A stretch of DNA of 64,000 nt from Arcobacteraceae bacterium (GTDB taxonomy: Bacteria > Campylobacterota > Campylobacteria > Campylobacterales > Arcobacteraceae). The position numbers were made by a program, and so were the translations under genes. Shown in pieces: positions 1 to 10,897 of this stretch. The notes under the pieces are model-generated. The model did not search any database, was not told the DNA's origin, and saw only the letters and a program-made list of their open reading frames with translations. The DNA is taken from positions 832,001-896,000 of the forward strand of contig OY759974.1 of the NCBI GenBank assembly GCA_963662945.1, read 5' to 3'. Position 1 is the first letter of the stretch. The number at the start of each line of letters is the position of its first letter.

Positions 1-159
1 CTTATATGGAATATTATTTTTTCTTTAATTTTAATCATACCTTATGGTATTGTTGGATTGGCTTTAGCTAGTAGTTTAAGTGGTTTTATATTATTATTCC
101 AAACTTTAAAAGAGTTTGGTTATAAAAATATTGTATTATTACTTACCAATAAATTTTAA
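1..159 (+). CDS. murJ: 3' end of lipid II flippase MurJ (partial)
   Basis: Frame 1 reads LIWNIIFSLILIIPYGIVGLALASSLSGFILL...NKF*; the GLALASSL helix is typical of the MurJ/MviN C-terminus. Confidence 0.7.
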   Translation, partial: LIWNIIFSLILIIPYGIVGLALASSLSGFILLFQTLKEFGYKNIVLLLTNKF

Positions 160-169
160 ACTATCTTAC

Positions 170-257
170 AGAGAAGTGTCTGAGTGGTCGAAGGTACTTC
201 GTTGGAAGCGAAGTGTAGGTCAAACTACCGTGGGTTCGAATCCCATCTTCTCTGCCA
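170..257 (+). tRNA. tRNA-Ser (anticodon GGA)
   Basis: Acceptor stem AGAGAAG/CTTCTCT, anticodon arm CTTCG-TTGGAAG-CGAAG, long variable arm, GGTTCGAATCC T-arm, discriminator G and encoded CCA. Confidence 0.95.
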
Positions 258-461
258 TTAAATTACTACTTTTATCATAATCACTGTATAAAAAACTTTA
301 TTGAATTATGATACATCTTCATAAAAAAAGTCTATAACTCTCCTGTAAAATTTAATAAGTCTAAACCATTCCACTATATTAACGACACAATAATAGATAA
401 ACCATTTCTTTAAAGAAAGATTATATTTATTTATGATATAAATATAGTAAAAATAAAAAAG

Positions 462-1346
462 GTGTACATTTTGTATAAAAAAATAATTTTATTTTTAACA
501 ATAATTTTTTTACTTTCATCATGTTCATCTACAGAAGATCAAAAGCTTAAGATTTCTGCAACAACATGGATTGGTTACTCACCGCTTTATTATGCTAAAG
601 AAAAAGGGTGGCTTGACTCTCTAAATATAAAGCTCTTACATGTAAGCTCACTAAGTGAAAATATGTACCTATATGATGCTGGTAATTCAGATGCTTATGT
701 TGGTACGCAATATGAGTATGGTATATTATCAAAAAAAGATTCTTCACTTTTGCCCATAATATTGTTTGATCGCTCCAATGGTGGTGATATTATTATGAGT
801 AATGTCTCGATACAAAAATTACAAAACACCACAGATAGTATTGATGCTTATTTAGAGATGGATTCTATCAATAATACATTGTTAAAAGATTTTATTCAAA
901 AATATGGACTTCAAAATAAAAAGATAAACTATATTAATCGCGATCAAGCATATATATCTACGCTCAAAAATACACATAAGACAACTATTATTGTTACATA
1001 TATCCCATATGATATAAAACTTAAAGAAAACGGATTTACAAGCATAGCTTCTACTAGAGATAACTTAGATCTTTTAGTTATTGATGCCTTGTTTACAACA
1101 GAGCAAAAACTACAAAAACATAAAGAGCAGTTTATACAATTAAAAAAGTTAATAGATAAAGCTATCAATAGACTTGAAAAAAATCCACGTGAATTTTATG
1201 ATACTGTAAAACCATATATGAGAGATATAACTTATGATGATTTTTATGCTGATTTGGAAAACATAGTCTGGATAAATAAAGATATATCTCAAGAGTTAAA
1301 AAAGAGCATCAAAGAAACACACTTCCCAAGTGCTGGATTAATGTAA
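462..1346 (+). CDS. SsuA/NMT1-like substrate-binding lipoprotein
   Basis: Lipobox LSSC, WIGYSPLYYAKEKG and DRSNGGD motifs. Confidence 0.75.
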   Translation: MYILYKKIILFLTIIFLLSSCSSTEDQKLKISATTWIGYSPLYYAKEKGWLDSLNIKLLHVSSLSENMYLYDAGNSDAYVGTQYEYGILSKKDSSLLPIILFDRSNGGDIIMSNVSIQKLQNTTDSIDAYLEMDSINNTLLKDFIQKYGLQNKKINYINRDQAYISTLKNTHKTTIIVTYIPYDIKLKENGFTSIASTRDNLDLLVIDALFTTEQKLQKHKEQFIQLKKLIDKAINRLEKNPREFYDTVKPYMRDITYDDFYADLENIVWINKDISQELKKSIKETHFPSAGLM

Positions 1347-1347
1347 T

Positions 1348-3339
1348 ATGTTGTTAACAATTCAAAGATTTACACAAATAGCACTTGCTACATTACTTGT
1401 TGTAATCTACTTTATATTTATTAATTATTATTTAGAACAAAAAGAGAAAATGTCTCTCGTTATGATAAAAAGTTTTAAAGATGATATGTCAGAACTTAGT
1501 TATGTACTTTCAAAAAATATAAAAAGTGATATAAGTGTTGATAGTTCTCGTGCAATTTTAGAAAGATATACTGCTAACAATGACTATCTAGCTTCAGTTT
1601 TAGTTGTAGACGGAACAACTGTTTTACTTACTACTAATCCTAGCTATAATGATGTTCCTTATACAACAGATTTATATAGTGATAAAACAATATCACATTA
1701 TGAAGAATTATTTTCAAAAAAAGGTATTGAGGGTGTTGTAAGATTTTATGAAAATGGTATACTTCATAACTTAAGACTTATATTTTTATTTGATCATAAA
1801 GAGATGAATACTCAATTTCATGAAAAAAAGATGTTTTTTATAGTATATTTTGGTTTATTACCTATTGTAATTTTGTTTGTTTCATGGTTAATTATAAGAT
1901 ATATAATTTCAAAACCCTTAGAGAAGTTACGTCAGTATGCATACTATCAAAGTGATGTGCCAAAAGCATTTAAAATCAAAGAGTTAGAAGCTATACGTTC
2001 ATCTATGGTACAGACATTTTCAAGGTTAAATGAAGAGCAAAAAGAACTATATAAAATGGCACGTACAGACCCTTTAAGTGGTCTTGCAAATCGACACTCT
2101 TTAAATGAGTATTTAGAAAGACTTATAGTAGATTCTAAACATGACAATAAAGAGTTTGCTTTCCTTTTTTTAGATATAGATCACTTTAAAAGTGTTAATG
2201 ATGAACTTGGACATAGTCTAGGTGATGAGCTATTAAAGTCTATTTCTTCTAGGATACAAGAGGCTATCCCAGAACACGATTTTGTTGCTCGTGTTGGTGG
2301 TGATGAGTTTGTAGTGATACTGCATCAGTACAGCACATTAACCGAGTTAACAAATATAATAGTTAAAATACAACAATCATTACGTACACAATGGGTAATA
2401 CAAACCCATCCTGTAAATATATCAAGTAGTGTCGGTATCGCTTTATTTGCAAAAGATGGGAAAGATGCACTTTCTTTAATGCAACATGCTAGTATGGCAA
2501 TGTATGAAGCAAAAAAAAATGGACGAGCTCGCTATCATTATTTTACAGAAGAGTTGAATGAAAAAGTAAAAGAGACAATAGCTCTTGATAAAATGATGAG
2601 GAAGGCACTAGAGGATAAAGAATATGAACTATATTATCAACCTAAGACTAGTGTCAAAACTGGTGAAATAATTGGTGCAGAAGCACTAATACGATGGAAT
2701 AGCCCTACAAAGGGTATGATTGCACCTTATAAGTTTATTCCACTCGCAGAAGAAAATGGATTTATAGTAGAACTTGGTAACTGGGTACTAAAAGAAGCTA
2801 TTAAACAACAGGTAGAATGGAGTAAAAAGGGGATCGATATTGTAGTATCAATAAATGTTGCGACAAAACAACTTCTGCAAAGTAGTTTTGAGCATAAACT
2901 AACAAAATTACTTGAAGAAACTGGTGTAAATCCTTCAAAGGTTGATATTGAAATAACAGAGTATCTATTTTTAGAAGAAAATGATAACAACTTATATACA
3001 CTAAATATGATACGTGATAAAGGGCTGACAATCTCACTTGATGATTTTGGTACTGGTTATTCATCACTTTCGTATTTAAAAAAATTTCCTATTGACAACT
3101 TGAAAATAGATAAAATTTTTATGGATGATTATAAAACAAAACAGGGTGCGATATTTATTGATACTATTGTTAACATGGGACAAACTTTAAATATGAATGT
3201 CATTGCAGAGGGAATAGAAGAAAAAGAACAAGTAGAGTACTTACAAAGTATTGATTGTGATTATTATCAAGGTTATTACTGTTCTAAACCATTACCAGTT
3301 GAAGATTTTGAAATTTTTTACAAAGAATACACTACATAA
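1348..3339 (+). CDS. Membrane-bound GGDEF-EAL c-di-GMP enzyme
   Basis: Two TM segments, HAMP-like linker, GGDEF, EAL and DDFGTGYSS motifs. Confidence 0.92.
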   Translation: MLLTIQRFTQIALATLLVVIYFIFINYYLEQKEKMSLVMIKSFKDDMSELSYVLSKNIKSDISVDSSRAILERYTANNDYLASVLVVDGTTVLLTTNPSYNDVPYTTDLYSDKTISHYEELFSKKGIEGVVRFYENGILHNLRLIFLFDHKEMNTQFHEKKMFFIVYFGLLPIVILFVSWLIIRYIISKPLEKLRQYAYYQSDVPKAFKIKELEAIRSSMVQTFSRLNEEQKELYKMARTDPLSGLANRHSLNEYLERLIVDSKHDNKEFAFLFLDIDHFKSVNDELGHSLGDELLKSISSRIQEAIPEHDFVARVGGDEFVVILHQYSTLTELTNIIVKIQQSLRTQWVIQTHPVNISSSVGIALFAKDGKDALSLMQHASMAMYEAKKNGRARYHYFTEELNEKVKETIALDKMMRKALEDKEYELYYQPKTSVKTGEIIGAEALIRWNSPTKGMIAPYKFIPLAEENGFIVELGNWVLKEAIKQQVEWSKKGIDIVVSINVATKQLLQSSFEHKLTKLLEETGVNPSKVDIEITEYLFLEENDNNLYTLNMIRDKGLTISLDDFGTGYSSLSYLKKFPIDNLKIDKIFMDDYKTKQGAIFIDTIVNMGQTLNMNVIAEGIEEKEQVEYLQSIDCDYYQGYYCSKPLPVEDFEIFYKEYTT

Positions 3340-3488
3340 AATAATACTTAAAAAAGTAACACTAGCATGAAGCTATATTAAATATATTAGGTAATTAATC
3401 CAAAATAAATAAACCTCTTAACCTTTTAGAAAAGAGGATTTAATAATAAGAGTATTAAATTATTTCAAATTATTTTTTTTCTACCATA

Positions 3489-4427
3489 TTAAAATGAACT
3501 CTTAAAATTCTCAATATCTTCAAAAATCAAATACAAATTTTCTACCTGATTTTCTTGCAAAATTGGATTCATCAATGCCCCTTTTGTATCAATATGCCCT
3601 ACTCCAACAAGATGTAATATTTCATGAGCTAGTATAGTTTTGAGTTGTTCTAAACTATCAAAACCATATATTTCTATCTTTTCCATATAGTTTTGAGTTT
3701 CTTTTGTTCTATACTCTTTTCCATCTTTATAAACTGTTTTTAGAACTGTTTTTGTATATCCTTTAGCAACACCTTTAATCTCTTTCATACTACGCATAAG
3801 TGTTTCTATTTTTCTTTGAAGTCGGTTATATTGGTTAACAAGAAGATTATGTGAAGATACTTTTTGATTGTAACTTTTCAAAAAATTATTATACTTTATC
3901 CTTTTTTGATCATATATGTTGGTTTCTTGTTTTATTTTTTGTTTCTCTTTAGATATATATTGTTTAATCTCATTATATTCTTGTTGTGATGTTATATTCT
4001 TTGTATTCATCTTTTCGATGTAAAGGTTTAACTTATGAATCTTTTGATTGAGATTTTTATTTAAATTTTGAAGCTCTAAAGCTTTCTTTTTTATATCATC
4101 ATCTTTTGATAAGATATACTCTTGAAATGTGTCAATTTTACTTTTTTGTATTTTTAATGTTTTAATTCCAGATTCTACATCTAATTTTTTCTTTGAAAGT
4201 GGCAGATACAATATATCGATTGGTTTGCCATCATTTGAATAATCAAATATATTTATATTAGTTTGTGTCTCAAGGATTTTCTCAATTTCCTCTATAATTG
4301 AACGAAGTTGTTCTTGTGTGATTTTGTCTTGATAATAAGCATCAATTTTTCCAATTTTTACTTTTTCATATTGCCCATTCAAATTAATAACAACAAATAT
4401 AAAAAGAAAAAAAACTTTTAAGAACAT
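3489..4427 (-). CDS. Matrixin-like zinc metallopeptidase with long coiled coil
   Basis: HEILHLVGVGH zinc motif and ALMNP Met-turn; start moved to the ATG at 4427, which has a GGAG RBS and a signal peptide. Confidence 0.8.
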   Translation of the reverse strand: MFLKVFFLFIFVVINLNGQYEKVKIGKIDAYYQDKITQEQLRSIIEEIEKILETQTNINIFDYSNDGKPIDILYLPLSKKKLDVESGIKTLKIQKSKIDTFQEYILSKDDDIKKKALELQNLNKNLNQKIHKLNLYIEKMNTKNITSQQEYNEIKQYISKEKQKIKQETNIYDQKRIKYNNFLKSYNQKVSSHNLLVNQYNRLQRKIETLMRSMKEIKGVAKGYTKTVLKTVYKDGKEYRTKETQNYMEKIEIYGFDSLEQLKTILAHEILHLVGVGHIDTKGALMNPILQENQVENLYLIFEDIENFKSSF

Positions 4428-4533
4428 TACAACTCCTTTGAAAAATAATATCAAAAGAAATATTCATCTCATATTAAAATATTTTGGATATAATCAACAA
4501 AAATCTAACAATAATCTTACAGGAAAATAGTAA

Positions 4534-5592
4534 ATGATAAATTATGAAACTATAAAAAAGCTAATGTTCAATTTTGATCCAGAAACTGCACATCACATAG
4601 CTTCATTTGGTTTAAAAGCACTTCCATATTGCCGAACAATAAACAACTATATGGTAAATAGAAACTTTATAAATGATGAAATCTTAACTCAAGAGGTATT
4701 AGGGATAAAGTTTCATAATCCAATAGGTCTTGCTGCTGGATTTGATAAAAATGCAGATATGATAAAAGCTATGCCAGCACTTGGATTTGGTTATACAGAA
4801 ATAGGAACTATGACTCCAAAACCACAACCTGGGAATCCAAAGCCAAGACTATTTAGATATCCAGAGCATGAGGCTATACAAAATGCTATGGGATTTAATA
4901 ATGAAGGTGCTTTTGAAGTAATCTCAAATCTTAAAAAAGTATATCCGTTTGCTATTCCTATTGGTGCAAGTATTGGGAAAAATAAAGTAACTCCTGAAAA
5001 TGAAGCACTCAATGATTATGAAATACTTATCAAAGGCTTTAAGGATATTTGTGATTATTTAGTAGTAAATATCTCTTCACCAAACACACCAAATTTAAGA
5101 GACTTACAAAATGAAGAGTTCATAAAAGCTGTATTTGGAATGGCTAAATCAATTACAAATACACCAATTTTATTAAAAATTGCTCCTGATATGGCTACTG
5201 AAACAGCAATTGAATTGTGTAAAACTGCAGTTGAGGCAGGGGCTGATGGTATTATAGCTACAAATACAACGAATGATTATAGTCTACTACCAAATCCACA
5301 AGATTTTGGTGGAATTAGCGGAAAAGTTATGAGTGAAAAATCATATAATCTTTTTAAAGCAATAGCAACTGAACTTCATGATAAAACTACACTTATAAGT
5401 GTTGGTGGAATAAGTGATGCACAAGATGCCTACAGAAGAATAAAAGCTGGTGCAAGTTTGGTACAAATATACAGTGCTTTTATTTTCCAAGGTCCTTCAA
5501 TGTGTAAAAATATCAATGAAGAACTTATCTCATTACTAAAAGCTGATGGATATACAAATATAAGTGAAGCTGTTGGAGCTGATTATAAATAA
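4534..5592 (+). CDS. pyrD: Quinone-dependent dihydroorotate dehydrogenase
   Basis: GLAAGFDKN, NISSPNTPNLR and KIAPD motifs. Confidence 0.97.
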   Translation: MINYETIKKLMFNFDPETAHHIASFGLKALPYCRTINNYMVNRNFINDEILTQEVLGIKFHNPIGLAAGFDKNADMIKAMPALGFGYTEIGTMTPKPQPGNPKPRLFRYPEHEAIQNAMGFNNEGAFEVISNLKKVYPFAIPIGASIGKNKVTPENEALNDYEILIKGFKDICDYLVVNISSPNTPNLRDLQNEEFIKAVFGMAKSITNTPILLKIAPDMATETAIELCKTAVEAGADGIIATNTTNDYSLLPNPQDFGGISGKVMSEKSYNLFKAIATELHDKTTLISVGGISDAQDAYRRIKAGASLVQIYSAFIFQGPSMCKNINEELISLLKADGYTNISEAVGADYK

Positions 5593-5601
5593 GGAAAGAA
5601 A

Positions 5602-6912
5602 ATGAAACTATTAGTATTTATTTTTCTAATCCTACAAGGAGTATTGATGGCAAATAGCCTACCAAAATATTATGAAGAGACTTTAGAAAATGGTCTTAAG
5701 ATTGTTGCAATCCCTATGGATAATGATAGTAAAGTTATCACTACTGATATTTTTTACAATGTTGGAAGTAGAGATGAGATTATGGGGAAAAGTGGAATTG
5801 CACATATGCTTGAACACCTTAACTTTAAATCAACAAAAAACTTAAAAGCTGGAGAATTTGATACTATTGTAAAAGGTTTTGGTGGGGTAAATAATGCTTC
5901 AACAGGATTTGACTATACACATTACTACATCAAATCAAGCAATAAAAATCTTGATAAATCTTTAGAATTATATGCTGATTTAATGGAAAACTTAACTTTA
6001 AAAGATGAAGAGTTTCAGCCTGAAAGAGATGTAGTTGCAGAGGAAAGAAGATGGAGAACTGACAACTCTCCTATGGGGTATTTATACTTTAAACTTTTTA
6101 ATAATACTTTTACTTACCATCCTTATCATTGGACACCAATTGGATTTATGTCTGACATCCAAAATTGGAGTATAGAAGATATAAGAGAATTTCACTCTAA
6201 ATTTTATACACCATCAAATGCCATTATAGTTGTTGCAGGAGACATCACAAAAGAAGAAGTTTTTGAAGCTGCAAAAAAACACTTTACACCTATAAAAAAT
6301 ACAAAAAATAGTAAAGAGATTACAAAAACTTTACACACTGTAGAACCAAAGCAAGAGGGTGAAAAAAGAGTTATAGTTCATAAAGATTCTCAAGTAGAGA
6401 TGTTAGCTATTAATTTTCATATACCAAATTTTTTAAATAAAGACCAAGTTGCTCTTTCTGCTTTAAGTGAACTGTTAAGCTCTGGAAAAAGTAGTCGTCT
6501 TAATGAACTACTTATAGATAAAAAACAAATGGTAAATACTATATATGCTTATAATATGGAGTTAAAAGATCCAGGAGTTTATCTCTTTTTAGCTGTTTGT
6601 AATCCTGGTGTAAAAGCTAGTGATGTGGAAAAAGAGATTTGGAAAGAGATTAAAAGAGTACAAATAGGTGATGTAAAAAAATCAGAACTTGCCAAAATAA
6701 AGAAAAATACTAAATCTGATTTTATCTTTTCTCTAGAAAGTTCTAGCAGTGTAGCTTCTTTATATGGAAGCTATCTTATAAGAGGTGATATAACTCCACT
6801 TATGAATTATGAAGAAGATATTAAAAATCTTAAAACAAAAGATATAGTAGAAGTAGCAAATAAATATTTGATAAAAAGTAACTCTACAACAATGATTTTA
6901 AAACAAAATTAA
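5602..6912 (+). CDS. M16 (pitrilysin) family zinc peptidase
   Basis: Inverted zinc motif HMLEH and NASTGFDYT. Confidence 0.93.
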   Translation: MKLLVFIFLILQGVLMANSLPKYYEETLENGLKIVAIPMDNDSKVITTDIFYNVGSRDEIMGKSGIAHMLEHLNFKSTKNLKAGEFDTIVKGFGGVNNASTGFDYTHYYIKSSNKNLDKSLELYADLMENLTLKDEEFQPERDVVAEERRWRTDNSPMGYLYFKLFNNTFTYHPYHWTPIGFMSDIQNWSIEDIREFHSKFYTPSNAIIVVAGDITKEEVFEAAKKHFTPIKNTKNSKEITKTLHTVEPKQEGEKRVIVHKDSQVEMLAINFHIPNFLNKDQVALSALSELLSSGKSSRLNELLIDKKQMVNTIYAYNMELKDPGVYLFLAVCNPGVKASDVEKEIWKEIKRVQIGDVKKSELAKIKKNTKSDFIFSLESSSSVASLYGSYLIRGDITPLMNYEEDIKNLKTKDIVEVANKYLIKSNSTTMILKQN

Positions 6913-6935
6913 AATCAAATTCACTCAACCCAATA

Positions 6936-6966
6936 ATGACCTCTCAATCAGAGGTCATCTTTTTTA
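6936..6966 (+). terminator. Intrinsic terminator between convergent genes
   Basis: ATGACCTCT-caatc-AGAGGTCAT stem followed by a T-run. Confidence 0.75.
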
Positions 6967-6973
6967 TCTACAC

Positions 6974-9634
6974 CTACTGCTCTAACTCTTGTTGAGGCGC
7001 GCTAAAATAATACCCTTGAGAATAATCTATACCTAGTTCATTTACAATCTTTAATATTTTCTCATTTTCCACAAACTCTGCAATAGTTTTCATATTCATT
7101 TTTTTAGCAAAATTAACAATAGTTTCTACAACCATTTTCGCATTTTTATCTGTATCAATATTTTTTATCATTGAACCGTCAATTTTAATAAAATCAGCTT
7201 CCAGCTTCATCAAATATTCAAAATTACTATAACCAGTACCAAAATCATCAATAGCAATCTTACAGCCAAATGCTTTGACATTTTTAATAAAACTTACCAC
7301 TTGGGTAAAGTTTTCTATAGATTCTGACTCAACAATTTCAAATACAACTCTTTTCCCTATACCATATTTATTTAAAAGCTCAAAAATATAATCTTGTATC
7401 TCAATATTTAAAATATCATCAATAGTTAAATTAACAGAAAACTCAAAGCCATTATTGTAAAACTTTTTAAAACTTTTTTCTAACATAATCTTTGTGAGTA
7501 TATTATAATATTTCGTTTTCTTTGAAATCTCTAAGAAAAAATATGGAGAAATAACTTTATCATCTTCCAATATTCTTATAAGTGATTCATATTTTTCATA
7601 ACTGTTATTTGCATTATTGACAATTGGTTGGAAATATGGCACTACCCTATCTTCTTCAATTGCTTCTTTAATCTTTTTTGTCCATCTTAAATTATTTTCA
7701 TATTCTTTATTTAAAGAATTATCTTCATTGTAAATCACAATATCAATATTCTTTTTTCTTGCAATTTGAAGTGCCATATCCGCAGTTTGTAAAATCTTAT
7801 CATTTGTTTCAAACGATATTGCACCTGTTAATTTTACAGAAAGTTGTTCAGTATCAACCTCTATATTGTCATTATCAATAAAATTTACAATATTTCGAAT
7901 TCTTTCATAAAAAAGGTCGTTAGAGTGTTGGTGTCCTAAAATGACAAACTCATCACCTTGTAAACGATATAATTGATACTGTTTATGATTTGATATTAAA
8001 CTTGATAATATTTCTGATAACCTTTTAATCAATTTATCCCCAAATACATGACCATAAAAATCATTCACTTGTCTAAAATTATCTACATTTAATATAGCTA
8101 TTGAATTTCTTTTATTTTTATGAAGATCGTTCGTAAGTTTAAATCTATTTCCAAGATTCGTTAAAAGATCTCTATTGACTAAATCATCTAACTTTTCTCT
8201 TTGTTTTACAAGCTCAGTAATTTCATGTCGAACTGCAATATACTCCATAATCTCATTTTTACTATTTAATATTGGTTGAATTACAATATCAACCCAGTAA
8301 GAAGTACCATCTTTTCTTCTATTTTTTAAAACTCCTTTCCAAACATTTTTGGATTGAATTGTTTGCCAAAGATTTTCAAACACACTTTTTGGAGTTTTTG
8401 GATCTCTTACTATACTATGAGGAGAACCTATTGTTTCATTTTTAGAGTATCCACTTACTTTATAAAAGTTATCATTTGCATAAATAATATTACCATTTAA
8501 ATCAGACTTTGTAACAATACTTCCTTCATCCATTACACTTTTATAACTATTTAAAAAAGATATATTATCTTGCAATGTTTTTGATAATTTATTAAAATCT
8601 TTTGTAATACTACTTATCTCATCATATTTATCAATTTTAATCTCTTCATATTTATTGTTTTTAATATTTTTGATACTTGCTTTAAGATTTTCAAGAGGAT
8701 TTACTATTGATTTATTAATAAATTTAAATGAAACAATAAAGGTAATAAAAAGTATCAAAATCCATACAAAAAATATCTCTAAATAAGTGATAGTTAATTG
8801 TTTATTGAGTTCTTTTTTATTAATTATAAAAACAGCTTCTAATCCGTGTGTTGTATTATTTATAAGTGGATAACTAACAAAACTATGCTCAGTTGAACTT
8901 TTAATATTTTCAAACTCTTCTTTATCCATTTTATTAGAATATATATAGTTTTCGTCAGATTTTAAAACTATCTGAGTTCCTAATCTATCATTTAACACAG
9001 TTAAAAACTTACTATCTATATTAAATCCAACTCGAATATATCCAATAAGTTTATTGTCCAACAAAACTTTTTTGGTATATTCGAAAAAATAAATATCTTC
9101 CATATAAAAAACTTCAAAAGTATTTTCACTTATCTCTTTTATATTAGGTAAGTTAGTAGATTTTTTTGTTTCATAATCTATAAAAGTTTTTTGTCCATTT
9201 TCATAAGAGATATAGCCTAACTCTTTTTTATCTTTCAATTTTCTATTTACTAAAATTAATTTCCCATTTTTATCAAAAATACTCAAAGTATAATTATCTG
9301 AATCTTTAATCCATTTTCTTGTATTTTCTATCATACTACTTTTTTCAAAATCGTAAATTTCTTTAAGATAATCCATTGGATTTTCATAGTTTGAAATTAA
9401 ATTTAAAGAATTTATAATATCGTTATCATGGGAGATTTCATCCGAAAATTGTTCAATATTTTTTTTAGTATTTTCTATAATATTATGAATAATCTTTTTA
9501 TCATGATTTATATTTTCTGTTCTTTGTGTGTGAAAAATATTTTCCACTACATTTAAAGTAATATAGCTACTTATCATCAATGCTACTGTTGAAAGTGAAA
9601 TAATAAGTACAAATAATTTATGTTTTAACGACAT
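6974..9634 (-). CDS. Membrane HAMP-PAS-GGDEF-EAL protein, probable phosphodiesterase
   Basis: Two TMs, HAMP, PAS (YANDNF...GYS...WKG), degenerate QGDEF, ESL variant of EAL and DDFGTGYSN. Confidence 0.9.
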   Translation of the reverse strand: MSLKHKLFVLIISLSTVALMISSYITLNVVENIFHTQRTENINHDKKIIHNIIENTKKNIEQFSDEISHDNDIINSLNLISNYENPMDYLKEIYDFEKSSMIENTRKWIKDSDNYTLSIFDKNGKLILVNRKLKDKKELGYISYENGQKTFIDYETKKSTNLPNIKEISENTFEVFYMEDIYFFEYTKKVLLDNKLIGYIRVGFNIDSKFLTVLNDRLGTQIVLKSDENYIYSNKMDKEEFENIKSSTEHSFVSYPLINNTTHGLEAVFIINKKELNKQLTITYLEIFFVWILILFITFIVSFKFINKSIVNPLENLKASIKNIKNNKYEEIKIDKYDEISSITKDFNKLSKTLQDNISFLNSYKSVMDEGSIVTKSDLNGNIIYANDNFYKVSGYSKNETIGSPHSIVRDPKTPKSVFENLWQTIQSKNVWKGVLKNRRKDGTSYWVDIVIQPILNSKNEIMEYIAVRHEITELVKQREKLDDLVNRDLLTNLGNRFKLTNDLHKNKRNSIAILNVDNFRQVNDFYGHVFGDKLIKRLSEILSSLISNHKQYQLYRLQGDEFVILGHQHSNDLFYERIRNIVNFIDNDNIEVDTEQLSVKLTGAISFETNDKILQTADMALQIARKKNIDIVIYNEDNSLNKEYENNLRWTKKIKEAIEEDRVVPYFQPIVNNANNSYEKYESLIRILEDDKVISPYFFLEISKKTKYYNILTKIMLEKSFKKFYNNGFEFSVNLTIDDILNIEIQDYIFELLNKYGIGKRVVFEIVESESIENFTQVVSFIKNVKAFGCKIAIDDFGTGYSNFEYLMKLEADFIKIDGSMIKNIDTDKNAKMVVETIVNFAKKMNMKTIAEFVENEKILKIVNELGIDYSQGYYFSAPQQELEQ

Positions 9635-9652
9635 TGTTTCTCTTTTATAAAT

Positions 9653-10546
9653 CTAAAAAATTGGTTCAACTTTATACACATTTTCTTTCGTAACTAATAC
9701 TGTATCCAATGTAATATTCTTTGATACCTTTTTTCCATTAATTATATCCACTACAGCTTGAACACCCTCTTTAGCAGAAGTAGGATATAAAAAACTTCCA
9801 AGTTGTTCACCATCTATAATAGCTTGTCGACTTTGTTTTACATAATCTATACCAACCATTGGTATATGCAAATCTTGTTTAAAACGTTTCATCACTTCTC
9901 TTGCACCAATTAACATACTATCACTATGAGAAAAGATTGCATCAAATTGAATCTTATCATGATATACAGCTTCAACAGCCTTTATAGCATCGTTACGAAG
10001 ATAGTTAGCTCTTTTTGATATAACGTTGATTTTAGGGTATTGATTCATGATACTTAAGAAGCCTTCTTCTCTTTGTATAGTAGAAGAAGCACCTTCTATA
10101 CCTTGTAACATCAGAATATTTCCCTTATAATTTAACTTTTTAACTAAAAGTTTTGCAGCATCTTGGCCAATTTTATAATTGTTTGGGGCAATAAAAACTG
10201 TATAATCATCAGTGGTTATTGTTCTACTGATTAATATAACTTTTATACCTTTATCAATTGCTTTTTTTAATACTAAGGAAGTGATTTTAGCATCTTTTGG
10301 ACTAGTAATTATAAAATCTACACCCTGTTTTATAAACTCTTCTATATCTCTTATTTGTTTTGAAACCTTTGAATTTCCATCTCTTACAATAAGTTTTAAG
10401 TACGGATATTTTTTCACTTCATTTTTTAACTCTTCGGTCTGAGCTAATCGCCAATCATTATTTAAAGTATCTTGAGAAAATCCAATTATATAACTTTTAG
10501 CATACATTGAAGTTATACACAATAATACGAAAAAAAATAATCTCAT
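9653..10546 (-). CDS. RbsB-like periplasmic sugar-binding protein
   Basis: Signal peptide, IGFSQ..NDWR, QIRDIEEF and VGID motifs of type I binding proteins. Confidence 0.85.
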   Translation of the reverse strand: MRLFFFVLLCITSMYAKSYIIGFSQDTLNNDWRLAQTEELKNEVKKYPYLKLIVRDGNSKVSKQIRDIEEFIKQGVDFIITSPKDAKITSLVLKKAIDKGIKVILISRTITTDDYTVFIAPNNYKIGQDAAKLLVKKLNYKGNILMLQGIEGASSTIQREEGFLSIMNQYPKINVISKRANYLRNDAIKAVEAVYHDKIQFDAIFSHSDSMLIGAREVMKRFKQDLHIPMVGIDYVKQSRQAIIDGEQLGSFLYPTSAKEGVQAVVDIINGKKVSKNITLDTVLVTKENVYKVEPIF

Positions 10547-10679
10547 ATAGTTCCTTACAATTATATCTTTTCATTATACATAAATTAAAATAAATATTCA
10601 TAATTAACTTAAATAATTTTATTTTCTTAAATCTATCCAAACTATAATTTTATAATAAAAACTTATTAAGGAGTAGACG

Positions 10680-10832
10680 ATGGAACTTATATTTGCATTG
10701 ATTATTGTTGCATTTTTTATAATGCTAAATCAAGTAAGAATTGGTCTTGTAGGTGATGAAAATCCCTCTTCTGAAATTTTAATAGGATTATCTACTATTC
10801 TTTTTGGATTTATTTATTCTTTATTTGTCTAA
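10680..10832 (+). CDS. Small 50-aa two-helix membrane protein (not in ORF track)
   Basis: AAGGAG RBS then MELIFALIIVAFFIMLNQVRIGLVGDENPSSEILIGLSTILFGFIYSLFV*. Confidence 0.65.
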   Translation: MELIFALIIVAFFIMLNQVRIGLVGDENPSSEILIGLSTILFGFIYSLFV

Positions 10833-10897
10833 TATCATTATTATAAAATCTTTGATATAATCCCCGATAATATTTAAAGATACAATAAGGTAAAAGA

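Noticed and set aside
170-4454. tRNA-Ser as the integration site of an island
   Set aside because: No integrase is adjacent, and I saw no duplicated tRNA 3' end by eye.
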